DNA of 64,000 bases from Eledone cirrhosa (lineage: Eukaryota), in assembly GCA_964016885.1 (NCBI GenBank), contig OZ024744.1, positions 46,748,001 to 46,812,000 on the forward strand. The letters run 5' to 3'. Within the stretch, counting starts at the first letter, position 1. Each line of letters starts with the position of its first letter. The notes under the pieces were generated by a model. That model did no database searches. It was not told where the DNA came from and worked only from the letters and a program-made list of their open reading frames with translations. Shown in pieces: positions 26,501-40,764 of the stretch. The position numbers and the translations under genes are program-made.

Positions 26501-29500
26501 TAAATAGAATTTTTTTTTTCACGCGTTTTGTATTTTTTTATTTTTTTTATTAAAGCATATAGATGTAAGTGGTGTTACCTAAATTACATTTTTTTTCTCG
26601 CGTTTTTTAATTAAAGCATATAGATGTAAGCAGAGTTACATAAATGAAATGTTTCTTTTTTTTCACGCGTTTTTTATTTTTTTATTTTTTTATTAAAGCA
26701 TATATATGAAATTATTATTTTCTTTTTATATTAAATCATATAGATGTAAGTGGAGTTAAATGAAATTATTTTATTTTATTTGTTATTAAAGCATATAGAT
26801 GTAACTGGAGTTAATTAAATGAAATATTTTATTTTTTCATGCACTTTTTATTTTTTTATTTTTTTATTAAAGCATATAGATGTAAGTGGAGTTACGTAAA
26901 TGAAATTTTTTTTTTTTTTCACGCTTGTTTTATTATTTTATTTTTTTATTAACGCTTATAGATGTAGGTGGAGTTACTTAAAAGAAATTTTCTTTATTTT
27001 TTATTATTTTTTTTAATTAAAGCATATAGATGTAAGTGGAGTTACTTTAATAAATTTTTTTTTTTTTTTTCGCGTTTTTTAATTCTTAATTTTTTTATTA
27101 AAGCACATAAATATAAGTGGGGTTTCTTAATTGAAATTATTCTATTTTTTATTTATTAATGCATATAGATGTAAGTGGAATTAATTAAATGAAATTATTT
27201 TTTTTTTCTCGCGTTTTTTAATTCTTAATTTTTTTTATTAAAGCATATAGATGTAGGTGGAGGTACTCAAGTGAAGTTTTTTATTTTTTTATATTAAAGC
27301 ATATCGATGTTAGTGGAGTTACTCATATTAAATTATTTACTTTTTTTCACGCGTATTTTATTTTTTTATTTTTTTATTGACGCACATAGATGTTGGTGGA
27401 GTTACTTACATGAAATTTTTTTATATTTTTATTTTATTATTAAAACATATAGATGTAAGTGGAGTTACTTAAATGAAATTTTTTATTTTTTCATGCACTT
27501 TTTATTCTTTATTTTTTTTATTAAATCATATAGATGTAAGTGGAGTTACATAAATTAAATTTTTCTTTGTTTTTCACGTGTTTGTTTATTTTTTAATTTT
27601 TTTATTAAAGCATATCGATGTATGTGGAGTTACTTAAATGAAATTATTATTTTTTTTATATTAAAGCATATAGATGTAAGTGGAGTTACTTAAATGAAAT
27701 TATTATTTTCCTTTCAGGCTTGTTTTATTATTTTATTTTTTTATTAACTCATATAGATATAGGTGGAGTTACTCAAATTAAATTATTTACTTTTTCTTCA
27801 CACGTATTTTATTTTTTTATTTTTTTGTTGACGCATATATATATTGATCTATATTGATGTAGGTGGTGTTACTTAATAGAAATTTTTTCATTTTTTATTA
27901 TTTTTTTTTATAGATGTAAGTGGAGTTAGATAAATGAAATTTTTTATTTTTTTTCACGCGTTTTTAATTTTTTTATTTTTTTATTAATGCATATAGATGT
28001 AAGTGGAGTTACTTAAATGAAATTATTATTTTTTTTATATTAAAGCATATCGATGTAAGTGGAGTTACTTAAATTAAATTTTTTTTCTCGTGGTTTTTAA
28101 TTCCTAATTTTTTTATAAAAGCATATAGATGTAAGTGGAGATACTTAAATGAATTTTTTTTTTTCACACGTTTTTTTTTTTAACGCATATAGATGTACCG
28201 AGTTAATTAAATGAAATTATTTTATTTTTTGTCACGCGTTTCTTAATTTTTAATTCTTTAATAAAGAATAGAGATGTAAGTGTAGTTACTTAAATGAAAT
28301 TTTATATTTTTTCAAGCAATTGTTATTTTTTATTTCTTTATTCAAGCATATAGATGTAAGTAGAGTTACATAAAGGAAATTTTTTTTTTTTCATGCGTTT
28401 TTTATTTTTTTATTTTTTATTAAAGCATGTGGAGGTACGTGGTGTTACGTCAATGAAATTATTATTTTTTTTTAAAGCATATAGATGTAAGTGGAGTTAC
28501 TTAAATGAAATTATTTTTTAAAGCATATATATGTAAGTGGAGTTAATTAAATTAAATTATTATTTTTTTTTATTAAATCATACACATGTAAGTGGAGTCA
28601 CTTTAATGAAATTATTACTTTTATTTCCACGCGTTTTTTATTTATTTATTAAAGCATACATATGTAAGTGGAGTTACTTAAATGAAATTATTTCATTTTT
28701 TAGTTATTAAATCATACAGATGTATGTGGAGTTAATTAAATAAGATTTTTTTTTTCTCGCATTTCTTAATTCTTAATTTTTTTATTAAAAGTGGAGTTAC
28801 TTAAATGAAATTTTTTCTTTTTTTTATTATTTTATTAAGCATATAGATGTAAGTGGAGTTACTTAAATAAAATTACTTTACTTTTTATTTATTAAAGCTT
28901 ATAGATGTAAGGGGAGTTAATTAAATGAAATCATTTTTTTTCTCGCATTTTTTAATTCTTAATTTTTTTATTAACGCATATATATGTAAGTGGAGTTACA
29001 TAGATGAAATTTCTTATCTTTTTTCAAGAGTTTTATATTTTTTCTTTTTTTATTAAAGCATATAGATGTAAGCGGATTTACTTAAATGAATTTTTTTTAA
29101 AGCATATATATGTGAGTGGATTTAATTAAATTAAATTATTATTCTTCTTATTAAAACATATAGATGGAATGGAGTTAATTAAATGAAATTATTATTTTTT
29201 TGACGCGATTTTTATTTTTTTATTAAAGCATACAGATATAAGTGGAGTTACTTAAATGAAATTATTTTATTTTTTATTTATTAAAGCATATAGATGTAAG
29301 TGGAGTTACTTAAATAAAATTTTTTCTTTTTTTTCGTATTTTATTAAAGCATATAGATGTAAGTGGAGTTACTTAAATGAGATTATTTTATTTTTTATTT
29401 ATGAAATCAGATAGATGCAAGTGGAGTTAATTAAATGAAATTATTATTTTTTTCTCCCATTTTTTAATTCTTAATTTTATTATTAATCTATATTGATGTA

Positions 29501-32500
29501 GGTGGTGTTACTTAATAGAAATTTTATAGATGTAAGTGGAGTTAGATAAATGAAATTCTTTATTTTTTTTCACGCGTTTTTAATTTTTTTGTTTTTGAAC
29601 TAAAGCATGTAGATGTAAGTGGAGTTACTTAAATGAAATTTCTTTTTATTTCACTCTTCTTTTATTATTTTATTAAGCATATAGATGTAAGTGGAGTTAC
29701 TTAAATAAAATTACTTTACTTTTTATTTATTAAAGCTTATAGATGTAAGGGGAGTTAATTAAATGAAATCATTTTTTTTTCTCGCATTTTTTAATTCTTA
29801 ATTTTTTTATTAACGCATATAGATGTAGGTGGAGTTACTTAACACAAATTCTTTTTATTTTTTATTATTTTTGTATTAAAGCATATAGAAGTAAGTGGAG
29901 TTACATAAATGACATTTTTTATTTTTTTAGACGCGTTTTTTATTTTTTTTATTTTTTTATTAAAGCATATCGATATAAGTGGAGTTACTTAAATGAAATT
30001 ATTATTATTATTTTAAAGCATATAGATGTAAGTGGAGTTACTTAAATGAAATATTTTTTTTTTCACGCGCTTCTTATATTTTTTATTTTTTTATTAAAGC
30101 ATATAGATGTAAGTGAAGTTACTTAAATGAAATTTTTTTTAAAGCATATATATGTAAGTGGAATTAATTAAATTAAATTATTATTTTTTTTTTATTAAAT
30201 CATATAGATGAAAGGGGAGTTACTTTAATGAAATTATGACTTTTTTTTTCACGCGTTTTTTAATTATTTATTAAAGCGTATAGATGTAAGTGGAGTTACT
30301 TAAATGGAATTATTTTATTTTTTATTTACTTAAGCATATAGATGTAAGTGGAGTTAATTAAATGAAATTTTTTCTTTTTTTTCTTATTTTATTAAAGCAT
30401 ATAGATGTAAGTGGAGTTACTTAAATGAAATTATTTTATTTTTTATTTATTAAATCATATAGATGTCAGTGGATTTAACTTAATGAAAAATTTTTTTTTC
30501 TCGCATTATTTAATTAATCTTTTTATTAACGCATATAGATGTAAGTGGAGTTACATAAATGAATTTTCTTATCTTTTTTCAAGAGTTTTATATTTTTTTG
30601 TTTTTTTATTAAAGCATATAGATGAAAGTGGAGTTACTTAAATGAAATTATTTTATTTTTTATATATTAAAGCATATAGATGTAAGTGGAGTTACTTAAA
30701 TGAAATTTTTTTTTCACGCTTCTTTTATTATTTTATTTTTTTATTAAAGCATATAGACGTATGTGGAGTTAGTTAAATGAAATTATTTTTTTTAAAGCAT
30801 ATATATGTAAGTGGAGTTAATTAAAGTAAATTATTTTTTTTTTATTAAATCATATAGATGTAAATGGAGTTACCTAAATGAAATTATTTTATTTTTTATT
30901 TATTAAAGCGTATAGATGTAAGTGGAGTTACTTAAATGAAATGTTTTCTTTTTCTTATTTTATAAAAGCATATAGATGTAAGTGGAGTTACTTAAATGAA
31001 ATTATTTTATTTTTTATTTATTAAACATAGAATTTTTTATTAAACCATACAGATGTAAGTGCAGTTACTTAAATTAAATTTTCTTTTTTTTCTCGCGTTT
31101 TTTAATTCCTAATTTTTTTATTTAAGCATATAGATGTAAGTGGAGTTACTTAAATGAAATTATTTTATTTTTTGTCACGCGTATTTTAATTTTTAATTCT
31201 TTAACAAGGAATATATACGTAAGTGGAGTTACTTATATGAAATTTTTTATTTTTGCAAGCAATTTTTATTTTTTCATTTTTTTATTAACGCATATAGATG
31301 TAAGTGGAGTTAGATAAATGAAATTTTTTTTTTTTTTTCACGCGTTTTTTATTTTTTTGTTTTTTTATTAATGCATATAGATGTAAGTGGAGATACTTAA
31401 ATGAAATTTTTTTTCGCACGCTTTTTATTTTTTTATTTAAGCATATAGATGTAGGTGGAGTTACTTAAATGAATTTATTTTATTTTTTGTCACCCGTTTT
31501 TTAATTTTTAATTCTTTAATAAAGAATAGAGTTGTAAGTGGAGTTACTTAAATGAAATGTTTCATTTTTTCAAGCACTTTTAATTTTTTTATTTTTTTAT
31601 TAAAGCATATAGATGTAAGTGGAGTTACATAAATGAAATTTTTTATTTTTTTTCACGCGTTTTTTATTTTTTTGTTTTTTTAGTAATGCATATATATGTA
31701 AGTGGAGTTACTTAAATGAAAGTTTTTTTCACACGCTTTTTAATTTTTTATTTAAGCATATAGATGTAGGTGGAGTTACTTAAATGAAACTATTTTATTT
31801 TTTGTCACGCGTTTTTTAATTTTTAATTCTTTAATAAAGAATAGAGTTGTAAGTGGAGTTACTTAAATGAAATGTTTTATTTTTTCAAGCACTTTTTATT
31901 TTTTTATTTTTTTATTAAAGCATATAGATGAAAGTGGAGTTACATTAATTTTTTTTTTTTTCACGTGTTCTTTTTTTTTTTTTTATTAATGCATATAGAA
32001 GTATGTGGAGTTACTTAAATGAAATTATTATTTTTCTTTTAATGAAACATATAGATGTAATTGGAGTTACTTAAATGGAATTTTTTTTTTCTCGCATTAT
32101 TTAATTAATTTTTTTATTAACGCATATAGATGTAAGTGGAGTTACATAAATGAAATTTCTCATCTTTTTTCACGAGTTTTATATTTTTTTGTTTCTTTAT
32201 TAAAGCATATAGATGTAAGTAGAATTAATTAAATTAAATTATTATTTTTTTTTATTAAATCATATAGATGTAAGTGGAATTACTTACATCTATACAAAAT
32301 GAAATTTTTATTTCACACGCTTTTTATTTTTTTTATTAAAGCATATAGATGTAGTTGGAGTTACTTAAATGAAATTATTTTATTTTTTGTCACGCGTTTT
32401 TTAATTTTTAATTCTTTAATAAAGAATAGAGATGTAAGTGTGGAGTTACTTAAATGAACATTTTTTTGTCACGCATTTTTAATTTCTTTTATTTTTTTTA

Positions 32501-35500
32501 TTAAAGCATATAGATGTAAGTGGAGTTACTTAAATGATATTATTTTTTTTTTTATTTATTAAAACATGTAGATGTAAGTGGAGTTACTTAAATGAAATTA
32601 TTATTTTTTTTATATTAAAGCATATACATGTAAGTGGAGTTCCTTAGATGAAATTATTTTTTTTATTAAAGCATATCGATGTAAGTGGAGTTACTTAAAT
32701 TAAATTTTTTTTTTCTCGCGTTTTTTAATTCCTAATTTTTTTTATTAAAGCATATTGATGTAAGAGGAGTTACTTAAATGAAATTTTTTTTTCACACGCT
32801 TTTTAATTTTTTTTATTAAAGCATATAGATGTAGTTGGAGTTACTTAAATGAAATTCTTTTAATTTTTGTCACGCGTTTTTTAATTTTTAATTCTTTAAT
32901 AAAGAATAGAGATGTAAGTGTGGAGTTACTTAAATGAACATTTTTTTGTCAGGCATTTTTAATTTTTTTAATTTTTTTTATTAAAGCATATAGATGTAAG
33001 TGGAGTTACATAAATGAAATTTTTTATTTTTTTTCACGCGTTTTTTATTTTTTTATTTTTTTATTAAAGCATATAGATGTAAGTGGAGTTTCTTAAATGA
33101 AATTATTTTATTTTTTATTTATTAAAGCATATAGATGTAAGTGGAGTTAATTAAATAAAATTATTTTTTTTTTTCTCGGGTTTTCAAGTTCTTAATTTTT
33201 TTAATAAAGCATATAGATTACTTAAAAGAATTTTTTTAATTTATTTATTTTTTATATTTTTATTAAAGCATATAGGTGTAGGTACTTAAATGACATTTTT
33301 TATTTTTTTTTATTAAAGCATATAGATGTAAGTGGAGTTACTCAAATTAAATTATTTACTTTTTTTTCGCGCGTATTTTATTTTTTTATTTTTTTATTAA
33401 TACATATAGATGTAAGTGGAGTAACTTAAATGAAATTATTTTTTTTTATATTAAAGCATATAGATGTAAGTGGAGTGACTTAAATGGAATTTTTTATTTT
33501 TTTTATTTAAGCATATAGATGTAAGTGGAGTTACTTAAATGGAACATTTTTTTTTCATGCGTTTTCTATTTATTTAATTTTTTTAATTTTTTTATTACAG
33601 CATATAGATGTAAGTGGAGTTACTTAACTGAAAATTTTTTTTTTCATGCGTTTTCTATTTATTTAATTTTTTTAATTTTTTTTATTAAAGCATATCGATG
33701 TATGTGGAGTTACATAAATGAAATTTTTTTTTTTTTTCACCCGTTTTTTAATTTGTAATTCTTTAATAAAGAATAGAGATGTAAGTGGAGTTACTTAAAT
33801 GAAATTTTTTATTTTTTCAAGCACTTTTTATTTTTTTATTTTTTTATTAAAGCATATAGATGTAAGTGGAGTTACATAAATGAAATTACTATTTTTTTTT
33901 CATATTAAAGCATATAGATGTATGTGGAGTTACTTAAATGAAATTATTATTTTTTTTTTATTAAAGCATATAGAGTATGTGGAGTTACTTAAATGTATAT
34001 GTAAGTGGAATTACTTAAATGTATATGTAAGTATATGTAAGTGGAGTTACTTAAATGAAATTTTTTTCTCGCGTTTTTTAATTCTTAATTTTATTATTAA
34101 ATCATATGGAGGTACATTTATTTTCACGGGCTTTTTATTTATTTATTTTTTTTATTAAAGCATATAGATGTAAGTGGAGTTACTTAAATGAAATTTTTTT
34201 TTCACACGCTTTTTATTTTTTTTATTAAAATATATAGATGTAGTTGGAGTTACTTAAATGAAATTATTTATTTTTTGTCACGCGTTTTTTAATTATTAAT
34301 TCTTTAATAAAGAATAGAGATGTAAGTTTGGAGTTACTTAAATGAATATTTTTTTGTCACGCATTTTTATTTTTTTAAATTTTTTTTTTAAAGCATATAG
34401 ATGTAAGTGGAGTTACTTAAATGAAATTATTTTATTTGATTTTATTTGTTATTAAAGCATATAGATCTAACTGGAATTAATTAAATGAAATTTTTTATTT
34501 TTCCAAGCACTTTTTATCTTTTTATTTTTTTTATTAAAGCATATAGATGTAAGTGGAATTACATAAATGAAATTTTTTATTTTTTTCACACGCTTTTTAT
34601 TTTTTTTATTAAAGCATATAGATGTAAGTGGAGTTACTTAAATGAAATTATTTTATTTTATTTTATTTGTTATTAAAGCATATAGATCTAACTGGAATTA
34701 ATTAAATGAAATTTTTTATTTTTCCAAGCACTTTTTATTTTTTTATTTTTTTTATTAAAGCATATAGATGTAAGTGGAATTACATAAATGAAATTTTTTA
34801 TTTTTTTCACACGCTTTTTATTTTTTTATTAAAGCATATAGATGTAAGTGGAGTTTCTTAAATGAAATTATTTTATTTTTTATTTATTAAAACAGATAGA
34901 TGTAAGTGGAGTTAATTAAATGAAATTATTTTTTTTTTCTCGTGTTTTCAAGTTCTTAATTTTTTTTACTAAAGCATATAGATTAGGTGGAGTTACTTAA
35001 AAGAATATTTTTAATTTATTTATTTATTATTTTTTATTAAAGCATATAGGTGTAGGTGGAGGTACTTAAATGAAATTTTTTATTTTTTTTTTATTAAAGC
35101 ATATAGATGTAAGTGGAGTTACTTAAATGGAACATTTTTTTCACGGGCTTTTTATTTTTTTATTTTTTTATTAAAGCATATAGATGTAAGTGGAGTTACT
35201 CAAATTAAATTTACTTTTTTTTCGAGCGTATTTTATTTTTTATTTTTTCAATTGACGCATATAGATGTAGGTGGAGTTACTTAAATTAAATTTTTTTATT
35301 TTTTTATTTTTTATTTTTTATTTTTTTATTTTTTTTATTTTTTTATTTTTTTATTTTTTTATTAAAGCAGATAGATGTAGGTGGAAATTTTTTATTTTTT
35401 CTCGCGTTTTTTAATTAATTTTTTTATTAAAGCATATGGATGTAAGTGGTGTTACTTCAATGAAATTATTTTTTTTTGTTAACGCATATAGACATAAGTG

Positions 35501-36396
35501 GAGTTACTTAAATTAAATTTTTTTTTATTTTATTTTATTTTTTACATTTTTTTAACTTTTTTTAAACTTTTTTTTTATTAAAACATATAGATGTAAGTGG
35601 AGTTACTGAAATGAACATTTTTTTTCTCACGCGTTTTCTATTATTTTGTTTTTTTTATTAAACATATAGATGTAAGTGGAGTTACTTAAATTAAATTATT
35701 ATTTTATTTTTCATATTAAACCATATAGATATAAGTGGAGTTACTTAAATGAAATTATAATTTTTTATAAAGCCTATATATGTAAGTGGAGTTAATTAAA
35801 TTAAATTATTTTTTTTTTATTAAATCATATCGATGTAAGTGGAGTTACTTTAATGAAATTATTATTTTTTTATTTATTAAAGCATATAGATGTAAGTGGA
35901 GTTACTTAAATGAAATATTTTCTTTTTTTCTTATTTTATTAAAGCATATAGATGTAAGTGGCGTTACTTAAATGGAACATTTTTTTTCACGCGTTTTTTA
36001 ATTTTTAATTTTTTTATTAAAGCATATAGATTTAATTGGAGTTACTTAAATGAAATTTTTTCTTTTTTTCCTTATTTTATTAAAGCATATATATATAAGT
36101 GGAGTTACTTAAATGAAATTATAATTTTTTTTTATATTAAACCATATAGCTGCAAGTGGAGTTAATTAAACGAAATTATTATTTTTTCTTTATTAAATCA
36201 TATAGATGTTAGTGGAGTTACTTCAAACAAATTATTTTATTTTTTGATTATTAAACCTCATAGATGTAAGCGGAGGTACTTAAATTTTAATTTTTTTTCT
36301 TTTTCACGCGTTTTTTATTTTTTTATTAAATCATATAGATGTAATTGGAGTTACTTAAATGAAATTTTTTCTTTTTTTCCTTATTTTATTAAAGCA

Positions 36397-37350
36397 CTAG
36401 CAGTAAAGCCCGGCGTTGCTCGGGGTCGCTCAGTAGCTGTGTTAAAGTTACAACGTTAAGTTTCTTTCTGTAGTGTCTACTGTGCAGACTTGCATGTGGT
36501 GTTTTTGATTAATATTCCCTCAACCAACAATATGCCTTATGAAGTTAAGAAAACATAACGATAACCCGAATGTTATAACAAAAGAGGATGCTGGGGATAG
36601 AAACTGCACTGGTTATTTATTAACAAAGATCGAAAATGTAAACACTGCAACGCAGAGAAAAACATTAGCGTAACCAAATTATCAGTTATGTCTGTCTGCA
36701 CGCCTATATCACCTCTCTGCACGACTGTCTGTCTGCACGCCTATATCACCTCTCTGCACGACTGTCTGTCTGCACGCCTATATCACCTCTCTGCACGACT
36801 GTCTGTCTGCACGCCTATATCACCTCTCTGCACGACTGTCTGTCTGCACGCGTATATCACCTCTCTGCACGACTGTCTGTCTGCACGACTGTCTGTCTGC
36901 ACGACTGTCTGTCTGCACGCCTAACGACGAAATATTTGCTTGTTTTACGTAGTCTTTAAATAGACTTGTTTTCAAGTAAAAATATTGTTTTAAAATGCTT
37001 TTAAATGGAAATGAAGCAAAACGGAATCTTAGTGTTCGAACTGATGAATTTTGCAGGTCAATATTTTGCTGGCTCGACAACTGTTAAAGCCAGCGTAATT
37101 TTTTACGTAAGACGCTCAATGTAAACAGAACAAAGGGAAATAACTGATAACTTACGCTCAAAAATCGATACAATATATTCGATTTCGTCACATAGGGTGG
37201 GTCAATTTGAAATTTTTTTTTTCCGATGTCTTCGCTAGGGCTCAATGTACAAGTCTAGCAATTTCGGTGCAATTACGTGAGAGATTCTAAGAGGAGATGT
37301 GTTCCAAAAATCGATAGACAGACAGACAACCACAGTTTTATATATATAGA
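36397..37350 (-). mobile_element. Non-autonomous Helitron-like element inserted in the satellite
   Basis: Minus strand begins TC(TATATATATAAAA) and ends CTAG, with a GC hairpin CCCGGCGTTGCTCGGG (36409-36424) near the end. It sits between A and T of AAAGCA|TATAGG with no target-site duplication. Confidence 0.85.
36689..36921 (+). repeat. 37-bp minisatellite (TGTCTGTCTGCACGCCTATATCACCTCTCTGCACGAC) x5 plus 16-bp subunits, inside the Helitron
   Basis: Read directly from the sequence. Confidence 0.9.
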
Positions 37351-39665
37351 TATAGGTGTAGTTGTAGTTACTTAAATGACATTTTTTATTTTTTTTTATT
37401 AAATCATATAGATGCAAGTGGAGTTACTCAAATTAAATTATTTAATTTTTTTTCACGCGTATTTTATCTTTTAATGGACGCATATAGATGTAGGTGGAGT
37501 TACTTAAATGAAAATTTTTTATTTTTATATTTTTTTATTAAAGCATACCGATGCAAGTGGAGTTACTTAAATGAAATTTTTTATTTTTTTATTTTTTTTT
37601 TTATTAAAACATATAGATGTAAGTGGAGTTACTTAAATGAAATTATTTTATTTTTTATTTATTAAAGCATCTAGATGGAAGTGGAGTCACTGAAATTAAA
37701 TTATTTACTTTTTTTTCGAGCGTATTTTATTTTTTTATTTTTTAATTTTTTAATTTTTTAATTTTTTATTAAAGCAGATTGATGTACGTGGAGTTATTTA
37801 AATGAAATTTTTTAATTTTTCTCGCGTTTTTTAATTAATTTTTTTATTAAAGCATATGGATGTAAGTGGTGTTACTTCAATGAAATTATTTTTTTTTGTT
37901 AACGCATATAGACGTAAGTGGAGTTACTTAAATGAAATTTTTTTTTTCACGCGTTTTCTATTTATTTAATTTTTTTTATTTTTTTATTAAAGCATATAGA
38001 TGTAAGTGGAGTTACATAAATGAAATTCTTTTTTTTTTCACGCGTTTTTTATTTTTTTGTTTTTTTATTAAAGCATATAGATGTAAGTGGAGTTACTTAA
38101 ATGAAATTATTATTTTTTTTTATATTAAAGCATGTAGATGTAAGTGGAGTTAACTAAATGAAATTATTTTTTTTTTTCACGCTTCTTTTATTATTTTAGT
38201 TTTTTATTAAAGCATATAGACGTATGTGGAGTTACTTAAATGAAATTATTATTTTATTTTTCATATTAAACCATATAGATGTAAGTGGAGTTACTTAAAT
38301 GAAATTATAATTTTTTATAAAGCCTATATATGTAAGTGGAGTTAATTAAATTAAATTATTTTTTTTTATTAAATCATATAGATTTTATTTTTATTAAATC
38401 ATATAGATTTTATTTTTATTAAATCATATAGATTTTATTAAATCATATAGATTAAATCATATAATGAAATTATTATTTTTTTTTCTTATTTTATTAAAGC
38501 ATATAGATGTAAGTGGAGTTACTTAAATGAAATTATTTTATTTTTTATTTATTCAATCATATAGATGTAAGTGGAGTTACTTAAATTAAATTATTATTTT
38601 TTTTTTATATTAAACCATATAGATGTAAGTGGAGTTACTTAAACGAAATTATTATTATTTTTTTAAAGCATATATATGTAAGTGGAGTTAATTAAACGAA
38701 ATTATTATTTTTTTTTTATTAAATCATATAGATGTAAGTGGAGTTACTTCAAAGAAATTATTTTATTTTTTATTTATTAAACCTTATAGATGTAAGCGGA
38801 GCTACTTAAATGAAATTTTTTTTCTTTTTCACGCGTTTTTTATTTTTTTATTATAGCATATAGATGTAATTGGAGTTACTTAAATGAAATTTTTTCTTTT
38901 TTTTCTTATTTTATTAAAGCATATAGGTGTAGTTGGTGTTACTTAAATGAAATTTTTTATTTTTTTTATTAAAGCATATAGATGCAAGTGGAGTTACTTA
39001 AATGGATTTTTTCTTTCACGCGCTTTTTATTTAAGCATATAGATCTAAGTGGAGTTACTCAAATTAAATTATTTAATTTTTTTTCACGCGTGTTCTATTT
39101 TTTAATTGACGCATATAGATGTAGGTGGAGTTACTTAAATGAAATATTTTTATTTTTTTATTTTTATATTTTTTTATTAATGCATATAGATGTAAGTGGA
39201 GTTATTTAAATGAAATTATTTTTTTTTATTAAAGCATACCGATGTGAGTGGAGTTACTTAAATGAAATTTTTTTTTTTATATACTTTTTTTTATTAAAAC
39301 ATAAGTGGAGTTACTTAAATGAAATTATTTTATTTTTTGTCACGCGTTTTTTAATTTTTAATTCTTTTTATAAAGAATATAGATGTAACTGGAGTTACTT
39401 AAATGAACATTTTTTTTTACGCGTTATTTATTTTTTTCATTTTTTTTATTAAAGCATATAGATGTAATTGGAGTTACTTAAATTAAATTATTTTATTTTT
39501 TTTCACGCGTATTTTATTATTTTTAATAAAGCATATATATGTAGGTGGAGATACTTAAATTAAATTTTTATTTATTTTTTATTTTTTTATTAAAGCATAT
39601 AGATATAAGTGGAGTTACTTAAATTAAATTATTATTATTTTTTTTAATTAAACCATATAGATCTA

Positions 39666-40528
39666 AGTGGAGTTACTTAAATGAAAATATAGGTGGCCCT
39701 GAAAAGGGCCAAATTACAAAACAAATTTAAGTTAATTAGAAAACAAGTCATGGTTATCAAATATATTTGATTTAATCATTTATATTTTCATAATCATGGT
39801 TATCAATGTAGAAAACAACTCATTTTCACCAACAGTGGAGTTACTTCTGACTGCTAATACCATGAACTATATTTTCATTGTCATGGTTATCAATGTAGAA
39901 AACAAATCATTTTTACCAACAGTGGAATTAACTTAAAGTAAAATATAGGTTGCTTTTAAAAGAGCCATATTAGAAAACAAATTTATGGTTATCAAATTTT
40001 TTTCACCAACCCTTTATGAAGAAATGTTTAGAAAACAAATTTTTTTCACCAACCTGATTCAAAAGTATGGATACAGTCCACATGGAAACAAGAGACAATC
40101 ACCATGGAGATTGATGGTATCTGCTGTAGTAGCGGTAGCGATGGAAAGATTGTGATGGTTAATTCCATTAACAATTTGGCCCTTTTAAGGGCCAACTATA
40201 TTTTCATTTAAGTTAACTCCACTGTTGGTGAAAATGACTTGTTTTCTACATTGATAACCATGACTATGAAAATATAAATGATTAAATCCAATTTATTTGA
40301 TAACCATGACTTTCTAATTAACTTAAACTTGTTTTCTAATTTGGCCCTTTTAAGGGCCACCTATATTTTCATTTAAGTAACTCCACTTACATCTATATGC
40401 TTTAATTAAAAAAAAAAAATAGTTTCATTTAAGTAACTTCACTTACATCGATATGCTCAAATAAAAAAAATAAATAAATAAAAAACGCGTGAAAAATTTA
40501 AAAAAAAATTTAAGTAACTCCACTTACG
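39666..40528. repeat. Inversion centre of the satellite: inverted arms (39666-~39990 vs ~40174-40390), short unique core, then ~3 reverse-oriented satellite units
   Basis: GTGGAGTTACTTAAATGAAAATATAGGTGGCCCT..AAAGGGCCAAATTA..CATGGTTATCAA..CACCAACAGTGG on the left; its reverse complement on the right. Confidence 0.85.
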
Positions 40529-40764
40529 TGTGGTAGTCATACGGAAATAAACGATGTTTTGCTTTCATCGGCTGCTTCGACTGACAGCTAATACCGTTGT
40601 AGTGCCACTATTTTTACTGTATTCTAATTTTTTCATTTTTCGTATATATATATTTTTTTTTATTCTTTATTTTTATTATTATATATGTATTATATATGTA
40701 TCCATACCTTTGACATTGTGTCTCACTATATCACACACCCCTTACCCAAGCTTTCAAATGTTCA

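Larger units (their letters stand above)
5489..39690 (+). repeat. ~34 kb AT-rich satellite; conserved core TTATTAAAGCATATAGATGTAAGTGGAGTTACTTAAATGAAATT plus variable T-rich spacer (often with CACGCG/CTCGC), unit ~45-85 bp
   Basis: Hundreds of same-orientation copies. The recurrent 'IKAYRCKWSYLNEI' ORFs are translations of the unit. Confidence 0.97.

Noticed and set aside
5489-39690. CRISPR-like look (constant repeat plus variable spacer) and many short 'IKAYRCKWSYLNEI' ORFs
   Set aside because: Spacers are low-complexity, related to each other and variable in length; there are no cas genes and the context is eukaryotic. The ORFs are translations of the satellite unit.
40531-40600. Possible HDV-like ribozyme (GGTAGTC can pair with GGCTGCT; GCTAA downstream)
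   Set aside because: P2, P3/L3 and P1.1 could not be fitted to the HDV consensus by hand; a descriptor search would be needed to revisit it.
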